Assembly (NCBI GenBank): GCA_964016885.1
Contig: OZ024740.1
Location: forward strand, 284,580,001-284,644,000
Direction: 5' to 3'
Source: Eledone cirrhosa
Taxonomy: Eukaryota
Length of the DNA stretch: 64,000 nt
Below the pieces are notes generated by a model. It was given only the letters and a program-made list of their open reading frames with translations. It was not told where the DNA came from and did not search any database. Position numbers and translations under genes: made by a program. Shown here piece after piece: positions 52,401 through 64,000 of the stretch. Position 1 is the first letter of the stretch, and every line of letters begins with the position of its first letter.

Positions 52401-53086
52401 GACTACTGAACTGGTTTTAATATGGGCAAGTTAGATGAATAGAGTTAAATTAATATTTATATTTTTTTCCAAAGTGGGGAAGGGAGAAAGGAAAATTATC
52501 TTGGCATTTACTAGTTATCTTTGAAGGATGGAGGAAGAAAAAAAAAAAAGAAAAAAAAAAAAAAAAAGAAAGAAATCGAACTGGTTAGGTAAAATTAAAA
52601 TTATTTCCCCGTGTTCACAGCAATTGCTTAAATTTGTAATTGAAATGAATAAAAGTAATTGTAATCTTATCTTTAAAAGTGACTCAAATGATAAGAGGGA
52701 CAGGAGACAGAACACAAGAATGTGCTCTGAATAGTTGAAAAGCCAATAGGAGGCAGGCTGATAATAGTGGGAAATATAACTTTATTAATGTCTTTGAATT
52801 CGAACAAAGGGGATTTTTTTAATTTTTTTTTTTAAATATTTTTGTTGCATTTTTTTAAAGAACACCACTCCTGCCCATCCTAACAAACAATATTAATATC
52901 TCTTCATATCAGTTTATCCACACGATTGAGGGTTCCTGTTGCCTAAAGCTGGTAAAATTTGCACATAAGGTTGTTTTCTCTTCCAGTGGGCATGAATGGC
53001 AATGGTATCATTGTAGTAGTATTTGTCAGCACCACCATGTTAAGGAGCAACTGGATACAAGTTGAGATCATCAGTCACGGCTGTGG
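49435..53086 (-). other. Putative long (about 3.6 kb) 3' UTR of the VAP gene
   Basis: Lies directly downstream of the VAP stop, is U-rich on the minus strand and lacks the SINE/LINE copies that saturate the rest of the window. It has several minus-strand AATAAA signals; the most distal is at 49453-49458, just before TE sequence resumes. The end point is inferred. Confidence 0.55.
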
Positions 53087-53272
53087 TTACAGCAGCAACT
53101 TGCCCAGAAAAAGCCCGAGTAAAAGAGCTGCAAGAAGATAAACAGCGGGGTGAAGTGGGCCTCCTTGAAAGCTGGCGTGTACTGATGAAGATGATGCTTG
53201 GTTAGGGCTATAGCTTGGTGTGGAACTTATAGTTTCTGTCATGGCAACCTTACGCAGACGCACGCTTTCATC
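53087..53272 (-). CDS. VAP33: VAMP-associated protein (VAP-33/VAPA/VAPB family), terminal coding exon with C-terminal transmembrane anchor
   Basis: The minus-strand acceptor ttttacag| is followed in phase 0 by DESVRLRKVAMTETISSTPSYSPNQASSSSVHASFQGGPLHPAVYLLAALLLGLFLGKLLL*. The DE-x-x-RLRK motif and the hydrophobic tail with GxxxG-K match the VAP family C-terminus as I recall it (Aplysia VAP-33, vertebrate VAPA/B). No database search was run. Confidence 0.92.
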   Translation of the reverse strand, partial: DESVRLRKVAMTETISSTPSYSPNQASSSSVHASFQGGPLHPAVYLLAALLLGLFLGKLLL

Positions 53273-55181
53273 CTGTAAAAGAATATAACATTTACTCAAT
53301 ATACATCAAATAATAATGAATGTAACATTAAAGGGGAAAATAGTATAACTATATGACATTTATTTCAATGATAAAATTAGATAATCTTTACTATTTTTAT
53401 ATATTAATACAATAGATTTAATCTACTGTTTCTATTTTCTGTTTCTAAATAAAAAATTGTTTGTTTTTTTTACTTCTTTTGGGGTAAAACAGGAAATCTG
53501 GAAGAGTTCATTATATAGCAAATACTTTCTTAATTTCTAAGCCAGTAATTTGTGGAAATATGTTAGTAAGAAGAGATTGCAGTGTGTGTGACATGAACAG
53601 GAAGAAATTCCCATTGGTAGAAGTGGGATATATAGAGTAGAGTTGGCAAGAGGCTGAAAAGCAAATGCAGAGAATAAGTTTCGAGTTGGGTTGGGATCAA
53701 GCCAACAAATATTGAAAAGCTAAAGCCATGACAGTAGTAGTGATACTAGTAGTTATAGTAGTGATTAAAAATAAAAAAAAACTTGTCAGAATGCCAATGA
53801 CTGGAGGCGAAAACAAAAAAGGTGACAATCATGTTTGAATTCAACAGAGGAAAAAATATTTAAACGTAACGCAGGGAAATTTTTCTTGGCCATCAAAGAT
53901 ATACTACAGACAATTATATATTGCCAATTTTCTAGCAACTGATAGCTCAGCACATCTTTTAATTCAGACATAAAAATGAGCAAACAATTGAATTTCCTGT
54001 ACCCACAAGAGTAGTTCTCAGGGTGGCTACAGGCAGCACAATATGGCAATTGCAACCATCTGAATATCTCCAGTGAATCAAGAAAATCCAATGCCTGTTT
54101 TGCTTCCCTTTATCTCTAGTTATGGCTTCCAAGCACAATGCAAGTGTCAAAACATTTTCATCTATTATTATAGTTGAGGTGTAGGAAGTGTGTTTCCGCC
54201 TTCATAATGTTTCTAGAAAATAAACAATGTGTTACGCAAGTTTGGTAGAGAAAACATAATTAATAACGTGGTGGCAGTCTCCTAGGCATTTACTTGGAAT
54301 TATGAGTCTGTGACCTCTGTTAGTCCAACAAAACAGATAATTCAACATGCATCAAGAACCAAAACTGCTGCTAATTGGTGGCAGTTACTTCAAAATTTAA
54401 AGATTATTATTTTAAAGAGTAGGCACTGCTATGTGATTAATAATTTTGCTTTGCAAGCATGTGGTGTTGAGTTCCACCCCACTGAATGACACTTTGGACT
54501 ACACAGCCTTGGGCCAACCAATGCATTGAGTGAATTTGGGAGGCAGAAACTGTGTGTGTGTGTGTGTGCGTGTGTATGCCAGTTTACCACATGCATCTTC
54601 ATATTCAAATTCAAATTTAAACCGGCCGTATCTGGTCAGAATTCTCTCCCTCTTTCTGTTCAAACTGGCTGTAACCAGCTGCTAATACTGATGTTAAGGT
54701 ATTATTCTCAACATAAATAATATCAAAATCTCATAGATCCGATATTATATGAGGTAAAACCTTTACCATGAAAATATAATAGTCAATATAGAGTAATGTA
54801 ATTGCTAAAGAGTTAAAGCAACCAATTATGTTTATGTCCCATATGATGAAGATAAACTGAATATACCATACTTATAAAGCAAAGTATGTGTTGGCCTACA
54901 GAAGTGTCTCAGGCCACAAAAAACTGCCTCAAAAGTCTTCTCCAATCTATAGTAGCATGGAAATGCAGATGTAAAAATAATGATGAATTTTTCAATAATT
55001 AAGGAGACCTATATGCCATCTAAACAATGTGTTGATTAGCTTCCTTGGCTTATAAATGGGGTTCAGATTTTTGTCTATTTTTCAAACATAGAATTTAGAG
55101 GTTGGCTTATATTCGAGTACATACAATACTTAATTTCAAGAATTCAAAGTCATAGATTAGCATTGTCAGAAAAGTACTCAC

Positions 55182-55280
55182 TCTCAGTTGGTTATTTTCA
55201 TCTTTAAGCTGATTCATTTCCATTACCAATCTTTTATTGCTTTCTGATGCTTTCTGCAATTCAGCTTCTACATTGGTGAT
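55182..55280 (-). CDS. VAP33: VAP family penultimate coding exon (coiled-coil region)
   Basis: 99-nt phase 0/0 exon bounded by acceptor ttcttttcag| and donor |gtgagt. It encodes ITNVEAELQKASESNKRLVMEMNQLKDENNQLR and splices in frame to DESVRLRK, giving the VAP-typical ENxxLRDExxRLRK. MSP-domain exons were not found and probably lie beyond 64000. Confidence 0.9.
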
Positions 55281-56315
55281 CTGAAAAGAAAGTTTAAAAC
55301 ATGAAAAGCATTACTGCTGTTTTCCTTATTATACCAAGAGAATTTCCTATACTGCTAATTTAAAGAAGAAAGAGAAAATATAAAGGAATTTTCCACATCA
55401 ACAATATTTTTCAAATTACTACAGCTATATGTTTAAAGCCTACTAAAACAATAAATTGTATGCATTTGGCTTTGAACCCTAAGATGACCAATAATAAATG
55501 TTAATTAAAATTAAGATAACAGTAACATGAATTTTCAGATTCAAGAGAATTTGAGTGAAAATGTAGTTCCATAAAATCTAGTTCAAGTACAAACTTTATC
55601 ATGAAAACTGCTAATTTTTCTTTTAATTTCATAAGTATAGTTCAACAACTCCAAAAACTTTTTAAAAAAGTATTTTCTACCATACTAAGGCATTTTCTAT
55701 ACACATAGCTTTTCAATGTCATTGTTAATATGTGAATGCATTTCTGGGATTTTTTTTTTCTTTTCAAACAGCATATACTTAATTTTATATAAGATTCTTA
55801 ATCTTGCTCTTAAACAATTTAGGGCTTATGACTCCTAGATACACTAAATGAGTTTAAGAAAACCCAGTTAGGTTTCATCAGATTTGATATGGTTAGAAAT
55901 ATGCATACATTTTGAATCAGTCTTATTACAGATCATATATATATATCCAAAATAAAATATCTAGTGGTAGAGATTTGTCAATTAGCATTTAAGCAAAGTT
56001 CAACAAAACACCATAGGACATATGAATTAATTCTAATCAAGTATTTCTGCCAGTGATGCATAATTTTCAATATATATATACATACATATGCTAGCATGGA
56101 AAATGGACGTAAAACTATGAATATTTGCGCTACAGCTTTATATATACTTTATATACAATCCTTATTGAGTCTTCCTCAGATTTTGGTCTTTTCATTTATT
56201 ACTGTGCGTGTGTGTGTGTGTACATACATATATATACATATAGTGTGGCACAGATATATCCAGAAAAAACAGCATGTTTTTAATAGAAATTAATATATTT
56301 CAATGAAACTTTATA

Positions 56316-56860
56316 CAGTTAGGCACATATATAAGATACAAAAATCACTCAAAGTGGTCACCACTTTCTCCAGGCAGAACTGGAAGCTGGAGCAGGCCTT
56401 GTGAGCCTCCTTGGTGTTGTAGGGTATGTTGTTCACCTTCCCCATACAAAATAGTCGAGAGGATTACAGTCTGGCAATGGGGGGAGGAGGGTGCATAAGT
56501 CAGGCCTGGGTGGTCTTTGTCTTGTGGGTGGGGCAGAGTCCTGTTGAACCACTCCGTCCAACCAGGGCTTGACATGCTTGTCTAAGAGCCTCACAGTCGT
56601 TGAAGCGGAGGCAGTTGGAGATGAACTTCAGGCATCCTGTCCTGAAATTGGTCATGTCATCTGAGGCCCTATATGTCTTTGGAAGGTCACAGACCATGGT
56701 GTTAGGGTACTGAAATCATTCAATGATTTCCTTGGTTTTGTGGCCGACGTGAAGGCTCTCCACAACAGCTCAACAATCGTATTCTGAAGACACCTCATGC
56801 GGCAATGACCAGACAGCTACTGAGGTATAGTACTTTCTAATGGAACTGTTGCCGCCTAAG
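56316..56860 (-). mobile_element. Internally deleted Tc1/mariner-superfamily (maT/DD37D-like) transposase relic in the VAP intron
   Basis: Across frameshifts: AVVESLHVGHKTKEIIE*FQYPNTMVCD (HTH), VVQQDSAPxHKTKTTQA, DCNPLDYFVWG and KACSSFQFCLEKVV...DHFE*. TIRs are not clearly recoverable. Confidence 0.72.
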
Positions 56861-56901
56861 AATTCCATATTTTTCTGCGCTGCGCCGTGGTGTGTGGTGT
56901 G

Positions 56902-56942
<41 letters not shown>

Positions 56943-57050
56943 GTTTCAACTACACAGGGACCAATGAAACACGTTGAAACTGCCAGCTTTTAGATCCACA
57001 TGTTTTCCCCAAAGGAGTTATATAATACCAATATTGTTTTAGAGCAAGGT

Positions 57051-57106
<56 letters not shown>

Positions 57107-60100
57107 TATAATTGAGCTTGTGAAAGAAGTGATGAGGTCAGATCTCAGTATACTGGGACCTCATTAGAGAGATGATGGAGGGCAGCACCCAGCCTATGCC
57201 AGCATGAAAAAAAAGAAAAAGAAAAACAGGTATAAAAATTATATGCTCTAGAGTAAGTTACATAATCTTCTTCAACCTAATGTACTTAATCTATGGACTG
57301 ACATTAAAATAAGACAGTCCTAAAACGCTTTCATATTTTTAAAAAAATCTACAAGTACCAATAAGAAAAAAATGACTAAAAGACACTGCTTTTCTAAATT
57401 CTAATTTGAGTTTTCAAAGATATTGGCTTAAATTTCTGTAACTTTTGTGAACTAGAAAATGAATATATGTGAAATAAATATTGGATTATCTAAGTAAAAA
57501 GCTTTTGAGGATTATGTAAGTACATCATTCATTATATAGGCCATTCATATAGACAGGGATAAACTACCCTGCTCTATTTATATACATAGGCATTAAAATT
57601 ACTCCCTCGGCTGCTACCATTATCAACAATTTGATTATCTTAAAAAGTCTATGTATATATGATTATAAAATCATTATAATGCAGTATATTTAAAACAGAA
57701 TGCCAGGTTAAACAACAGACAGAGCAGAAATAAAATATTAATTATATCTGAAGACTCATTAGGTTAAAAAAAGAAAGAAAGAGAAAACATTGCACTTGTT
57801 CATTTTCTCTTGAGTAACAAGCCAATAGTTTATTGGCTATCCTTGGCACTGAAAGAAAGGCAAGTATTAAAATCAACTATGTCTATCAAGCAGAATATAT
57901 TTAATGTTGTTAATAATAAATGGAAATATGTTACATTTCAATTAGTGCATACAGTATAAACTATCACAAATACAAACTCAATGTGATTTAATAAATTATT
58001 TATAGATGTAATAACTTAAGCTTGGATAAAGATATAGCAGATTATGAATAGGTTTCTTGCATCTAAATGCTAAATTCATAAATATGTCTTTCTTTATTTC
58101 TGAAAATATTAACAGTTCTATATATCTCACTTGAAAATTAAATTTACTCTACTAAACCACATGTTCTCCAAAGCTTTACAATGGATTAAACAAGTACTAA
58201 GATACAAAACTTATTTACAATAATATATTCTCTAATGTATACTTAAAACAATGATCCCTTTTTATTCTAGAATTGTTTGTGACCACTCTATTGAAATAAG
58301 AATGCTATTTTCTAATATAACTAACTCTATTGATGCTTATACACTTTTGTAGATTATAAGAAAAGCTTTAAGATTTCAAAGAAGCAAATGTTAATAATCA
58401 AATTACAAATCTTGAGAGAATCATTATAAAACTATTTTGGGAAAGTAATCAGATAGTACTTTGCTCCAGACTGTGAGAAAAAAGATTTTTACTGTCTTAA
58501 TATTGGAAAAGAAAAACTGCAAAGATAGTAAGAAAACAGAAGGCATTAAAGAGGATTACAGTTAAGATATACGTAAGAAGCATTTTTCAATTCTTAAAAT
58601 TGAGATATAGAAATCTTTCATATACATGTATGTTTATGTGCAATATTCATAATAGACTATTTAAAAGCCATATATTTCTTTAGATAATGTTTGGCAAAAA
58701 GCATTTTTTATTTTTTAAGGAATCGCTATCTTTACAATGAAGAGTATTTGAGGTTAATGCAAATATTCAAAATAAAGAAAAGACTACTTAAAAATATATT
58801 CAGAATTGCATATATCAATCTTAATGGCATAATGTTATAGCTGAAATCCAAGAAACTGAAGGAATTAATTTCACATGTTTTAATAATAGAGTAAAATATA
58901 AATGAAACTTAGTGGGATATGGTTATCGTTGTGACATCTTTATATCTATTTTTCTACACTGGCATTCATTTAACAAACAGTTCCACTCCAATTGTTATAT
59001 CCATGGTCACACCCAATCATGCCATTTCATATCACCTTTGACCAACACAAGCTTCAAGTGACATCAAGCACCTTACTGACAGCTTTATTTTAAAAAAGCT
59101 ATTAAGTCATATCTTGCATTATGCCAAATCAAGGCAATGATAACAAACATAACTGTTTCGCCATAAATTTCTAAAATTCAAATTAGTGGGTTCTAGTTAA
59201 CTCATCACACTTCAATCTTGTTAAATCTCAAATCAAGTTTACTTACAACTCATGTAAAACAAAATTAACAGTGAATTTGGATGTTGTTACATTTCTCATT
59301 TAACTACTACATTCCTTGTCCTAATGAGCTAGTCATTATTTAAGGACATAACCTATCATTGGTTATATAAAAAAACAATTAACTTTACTACATTTATTGA
59401 TACTGCTTTGAAAGCTTCTCTCAACATTTTACATTTATAAAAGTTATAATGGGATGGCCAAGTTTGCAAATTTAGTCAATGCACTTGTATATCATTGGCA
59501 CAACTCACACCTACATCGGTTTAACCAGCATCTTAGGAAGTTTATCCCACAGGAGGTTTCTAAGTAACCTTTTCATTCCACTAACTCCTCAACAATTAAG
59601 AAAATTTATATGATCAAACATTTCTTTTAGATACAAACACTTGAAATCTTTTCTACAGAAAATTTTAGAAATCTAAGATGAATCAAACTTATTTCAAACA
59701 TACTCTAAAATGTATTTATATGTAAATAACTATGCCTTCTCAGATTTATCTGATATATAAACATTTTACTTAACTAAATATAAACTCAAAGAATAGGAGC
59801 GTGCAATCATAAAAAGATGAAAAACAATCTGGAAGTTTCTTGCACTATAAAAAATAATGCTAATTCTGTTTTTCGCTAAGCCAAGAGCAATATATAGCAC
59901 ATAAATGTTTCAAAGAACTGTACTGAGAATGGAGCTATTCTTGAAACAGACAAGAATTTATCAAGGAGCACCCCCCTCCAAAAAAAAAAACATCATATAC
60001 TTCTGGGCCTGAAAAGATTATTCATAATCCTAACTGAGCAGTTACCAATCATGAAGAAACATAACTCATTACAGCATTCAAGCAAACTTCTCTCATTACA

Positions 60101-63100
60101 ACATCTATCTAGTGATCAGTTACTAACAAGAGGAATTTTCATTGTTAGGTGAGCCATGAAACCATAGCAGCTTTCCTTAGCAAACTACTTGGTGCTATTT
60201 TAAACTTGTGTCATAGCAACACTTCTAGCTGTTGCAAGAATGAAGAGGGAAAACTGCAAATAAATTCAAGTGAAAAAAGAAAAAAAAACATTCAAGTGTG
60301 AAGAATGTTATAAGAACAGAACCAATTGTTTTATTTATTTATTCAATTATTTCTGGTAAATGTTATTTAGAGTAAATGGATGATCTTATTCATGGCAATT
60401 TTTGATAAATATTTAAAAACTAATCTACAGGGTTTTTTTTTTTTTTTAAACTTCACTTTCTGTAATATGAATCAGATTAGATAGATTCTCTGAACCCTTT
60501 TGCCTACATATGAACTGAGTGAATCGAGTATCTTTTCCAGAAAAAACAAAACCATGCATCGAAATATGTATATTTATCGGTCATGAGCTAATAGTCTGAC
60601 AGCTTAACATATCTATTTTAACTGATGGAATAGAAATATTGCTATTTAATCTCATTCGCACACTTTACAATTAATATTAAGAATTTTACTTGTGTAAAGA
60701 CATTAAAAAAAGATTTTACACCATAAATTATTTACTTGTTTTCACTAAACATAAAGCCTATGTTTTGAGCCTGACATGTGACAAAACTCATTTAACATAA
60801 CACTAGTACATATATTTCAACCCAGAGGAATGAAAGAGTTATTCCGAGTAAAAGCATGACTGAAAACAGTGCTTTGATAATTATATTGCTTTAAAAAATA
60901 ATTTCAAATAAAATTAATTTGTTCAGTATATAGCATTTAAAATAAGAACAGTGTTAATATCATCAACATCAATTTACATTTATTTTCTATGCCAGCACGA
61001 GTTAAATAGCATCTCACAACGTGTTATTCACTACCTAATACAACAGCTGAGAAAACCACCAATCATTCTTGTTGTATATGTCATGTACCCTTCCTATCTG
61101 CAACTACTTTACAGCACGGACCATGTGAAGTGCAACTGGCACTGAAAAGATTGTCTGTGACAAAACTTTAAGAGTTCCTTCTATCTTGTATCAGTTTTTA
61201 ATCAAAATGACTCTTCTCTCAGAGAGTCTACCTTTGCTGTGGCCTGTCAAGTCCACAACTCCCATTTGTCTTTTTTTTTGTAGTTTTTTTTTTTAGAGAG
61301 CAGTGGGATGGGAAAGAGCCATAATGATAGCTAGGCATAACAACAGGCCCCATTTTGAAGGTAGTAGGAAGGAGCTTACAGTAGTAGTCTGAGGTGGGTG
61401 GAAGTGAAGCTGTCCATAATGTATATAGAAGAAATGGGGTGTTAAGCTACCAAAAGATCCTATTTTGCTGGCAGTTAGGGCTACATTGTTGAGATTAGTG
61501 GTGGGATGAGAGAGTGGGTACACCTGTCAGCAGGTTCTGTAACAATCACTGCTACCTGCCACAATATGAATAATTTTTCTTTTCATTTGTTATATCTTAT
61601 CTTGCTCAGCTCTATATGCACTTGTGTGTCAAGACATTTGTTTCACATCTCAATTCAGTTTCAATGCTACCAATCAGGATCAACTGGGTAGACAGATCCC
61701 CACCACCACTACCACCACCTCAATGCTTAGTCAAGAAAAGAGCAAGGCCAATGACCATTTATTTGTTAGTGCCTGCAAGGCTGATGGAAAACAGGAGTCC
61801 TGGCCTGAATATTTACATCAGAGTGAACTCTGCACTGAAGGACCAGGTGCCGGTGTTAAGCCGAATTATGGATTAAGTCCCATCATCAACCCCCATGTAA
61901 AATGGTTTCATCCAGCTCATCTCCCATCAGCCTTGGAAGCCCTACAAAGTCATGGGCACTGCCCTTCCATTTCTCACAAAGCCATAAGAAAAAGATAAAA
62001 CAACTGCCCTAATTAATACAAAAATTATTCTTGTCCTAAATGCCAACATGTGGGGATACATTTTGAAGCTTACATCCCTCTTAACTATAAAAAGATCCTC
62101 TATGAATTAAAAGCAGTATATATATATATATATGACAGAAGTGATTTTCATATTAAGAGTATTTTCATATTAAGCTTCTAAGAAACAAGGAATAATGAAA
62201 GTATATTAACATAATGTGCAATCAAAAATGAAGTTGAGTAATAGTAGGCTTTTAAAGAAAGTTGATATTAAAAGTATGTCTTGAAAAAAAATTACTACTG
62301 ATTCAAACAGATTCTGTACTTTGTGTGAAACATTCATATGGCATTAGTATACAGGAGGGGGAAGGCAGAATCAATTCTAAGATGAGTTCACAAGTGAAAT
62401 TATGAAAGACCAAAGACCAAGATAATTGCTGTGTAGAACCATCCAACCCATGCTAAAGGAAAGTTTCAACACAATGATTTACTAAGAAAATATTCTAGTA
62501 ACTCATTTAGACAGAAATTTAAAAACCATCAGAAATCTATATTTTCACATAGCCACTTCAACAAAATGTAGAAAAACTGAACCTTTCTTAAGTGATATAG
62601 TTAAATTTCAATAAATTCAATAATGATACTGAGAATTATGAAATAATAGCACAGGCTATCAGGATTTGTTTTTGTTTTGTTTTGTTTTTCCAAAGGAATA
62701 AAAAAACATTTAGTCTTTGCCCTTTTAGAAAGCTCAATTTAACCTTCATTATAGGACACTATAAATGGCATATATATATTTTGGACACTAACATTTTGTT
62801 ATAGCCAACTGATTTACAAGCACATACTTATTTTCAATCTTCACAGTATATCTTGTTTCCTTTATTACAAATAAATGTTGACATTTGTAATTGTACAAAA
62901 ATCAGAAGCTATAATCCCCCCATGAAGAATCTTATATATGGTTAAATAGAGCACATTTATCTGTGTAGAGCATGGCATAATCTTTGGGCAAAGTAACCTA
63001 ATCTCCACTCTTTATCAACTATCAATTAATGTTTTCAGATGTAAAGTGTTTTCAGGTGCAATGATTCCAAGCACCAATAACAGGAGAGAAAATGAAGACA

Positions 63101-63649
63101 CATATGGAAAACATGAGAGGAGTAATAGAAAAAATTTAGATAAAAGTAAATGGAAATTGATACAAAATCCCTAGTGGCTATAAAACTTTACCAATACTGG
63201 AAAATATCTAACCACTGACGAGGCAGATGCAATCTAGCAGTCAACATTTCCATATCCCATTTCCAACAAATTGCAGGACTAATGTTATATATCAAGTTAA
63301 AAAATAGGAATTAAGCATTAATCAAAATTTATAGATACATCAAAACTATTTACCATAAAATCATCCAACTGAAATATTTTCATTTCATTTAACAAAGATA
63401 AGTATTTTTTAAACTGAATAATAAAAAAAATGGTTTCTGATTTAGACATAAGGTCAACAATTTTGAGGGAGAGAGAAAAATCGATTAAATCAACTCCAGT
63501 GTATTACTGGTACTTTATTTTATCAACTCCAGAAGGATGAAAGGCAAAGCTAGCCTCAGTTGGATTTGAACTCAGAACATTAAGAGACACAACAAATGCT
63601 GCTACAAATCTGCCCAACACACTAACAACTATCATCATCATCGCAGTTT

Positions 63650-64000
63650 TTATACACATTTTTTATATGGGTTGGGTGAGACGTTTTCTCTTGCAGAATG
63701 CATTTCCTGACTCCAACCCTCACCTTTTTTTTGAAAAGTAAGGTGTTGATCTTTGTCAAACTGCTGGGGAGGACATAAAATATAACCCACTAGCAATATC
63801 AAATGCAAAGCAAAGACACAGAGAGAGAGACACACACACACACGATGGGTTTCATAGTTTCATCTACAAATTTCATTCATGAGGCATTAGTCAACCTGGA
63901 GATACAGTAGAAGACACTTGCCCAAGGTACTACATAGTGGGATAGAACCTGAAACCATGCAGTTGAGGAGTGAACTTCTTAATTATAGCCATGCTTGCAC
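63650..64000 (-). mobile_element. CORE-like SINE (family 3) with internal (GT)n
   Basis: The minus strand reads as a tRNA-like head, then ACCTTGGGCAAGTGTCTT, then a GT tract. A degraded plus-strand relative lies at about 54420-54580. Confidence 0.6.

Noticed and set aside
58460-58470. Possible 11-nt VAP microexon (ttttctcacag|TCTGGAGCAAA|gtacta)
   Set aside because: Good acceptor but weak donor, and the length is not a multiple of three. Unsupported without transcripts.
61624-61998. 124-aa plus-strand ORF in the VAP intron
   Set aside because: No recognisable domain or splice structure; probably old repeat-derived sequence.

Overview
AT-rich, repeat-dominated animal genomic DNA, most likely a mollusc and probably an octopus or other coleoid cephalopod. 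This is inferred from a VAP-33-like C-terminus, dense tRNA-derived SINEs, RTE LINEs and TA/TATG/GAT microsatellites. The only host gene I can support is the 3' end of a VAMP-associated protein (VAP-33/VAPA/VAPB family) on the minus strand: a coiled-coil exon at 55182-55280, a terminal transmembrane exon at 53087-53272, and a long TE-free putative 3' UTR. The rest is mobile and repetitive DNA: more than 20 SINE copies, two RTE-clade LINE groups (one with a PHD-like finger, one with C-terminal C2H2 fingers plus bipartite non-autonomous derivatives), R4/Dong-like RLE LINE relics, mariner and maT-like relics, hAT/Tc1/TTAA MITEs, a small Helitron, and a 5.4-kb array of a 29-bp minisatellite with higher-order structure. 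The most unusual signals are a 240-bp-arm palindrome carrying Penelope-type minimal hammerhead-like motifs, a recurring class of fold-backs abutting (TA)n tracts, and a head-to-head fusion of two RTE 3' ends. I found no CRISPR array or prokaryotic system, and nothing here can be claimed as a new biological system without further tests. Most ORFs in the track are microsatellite or TE artefacts.
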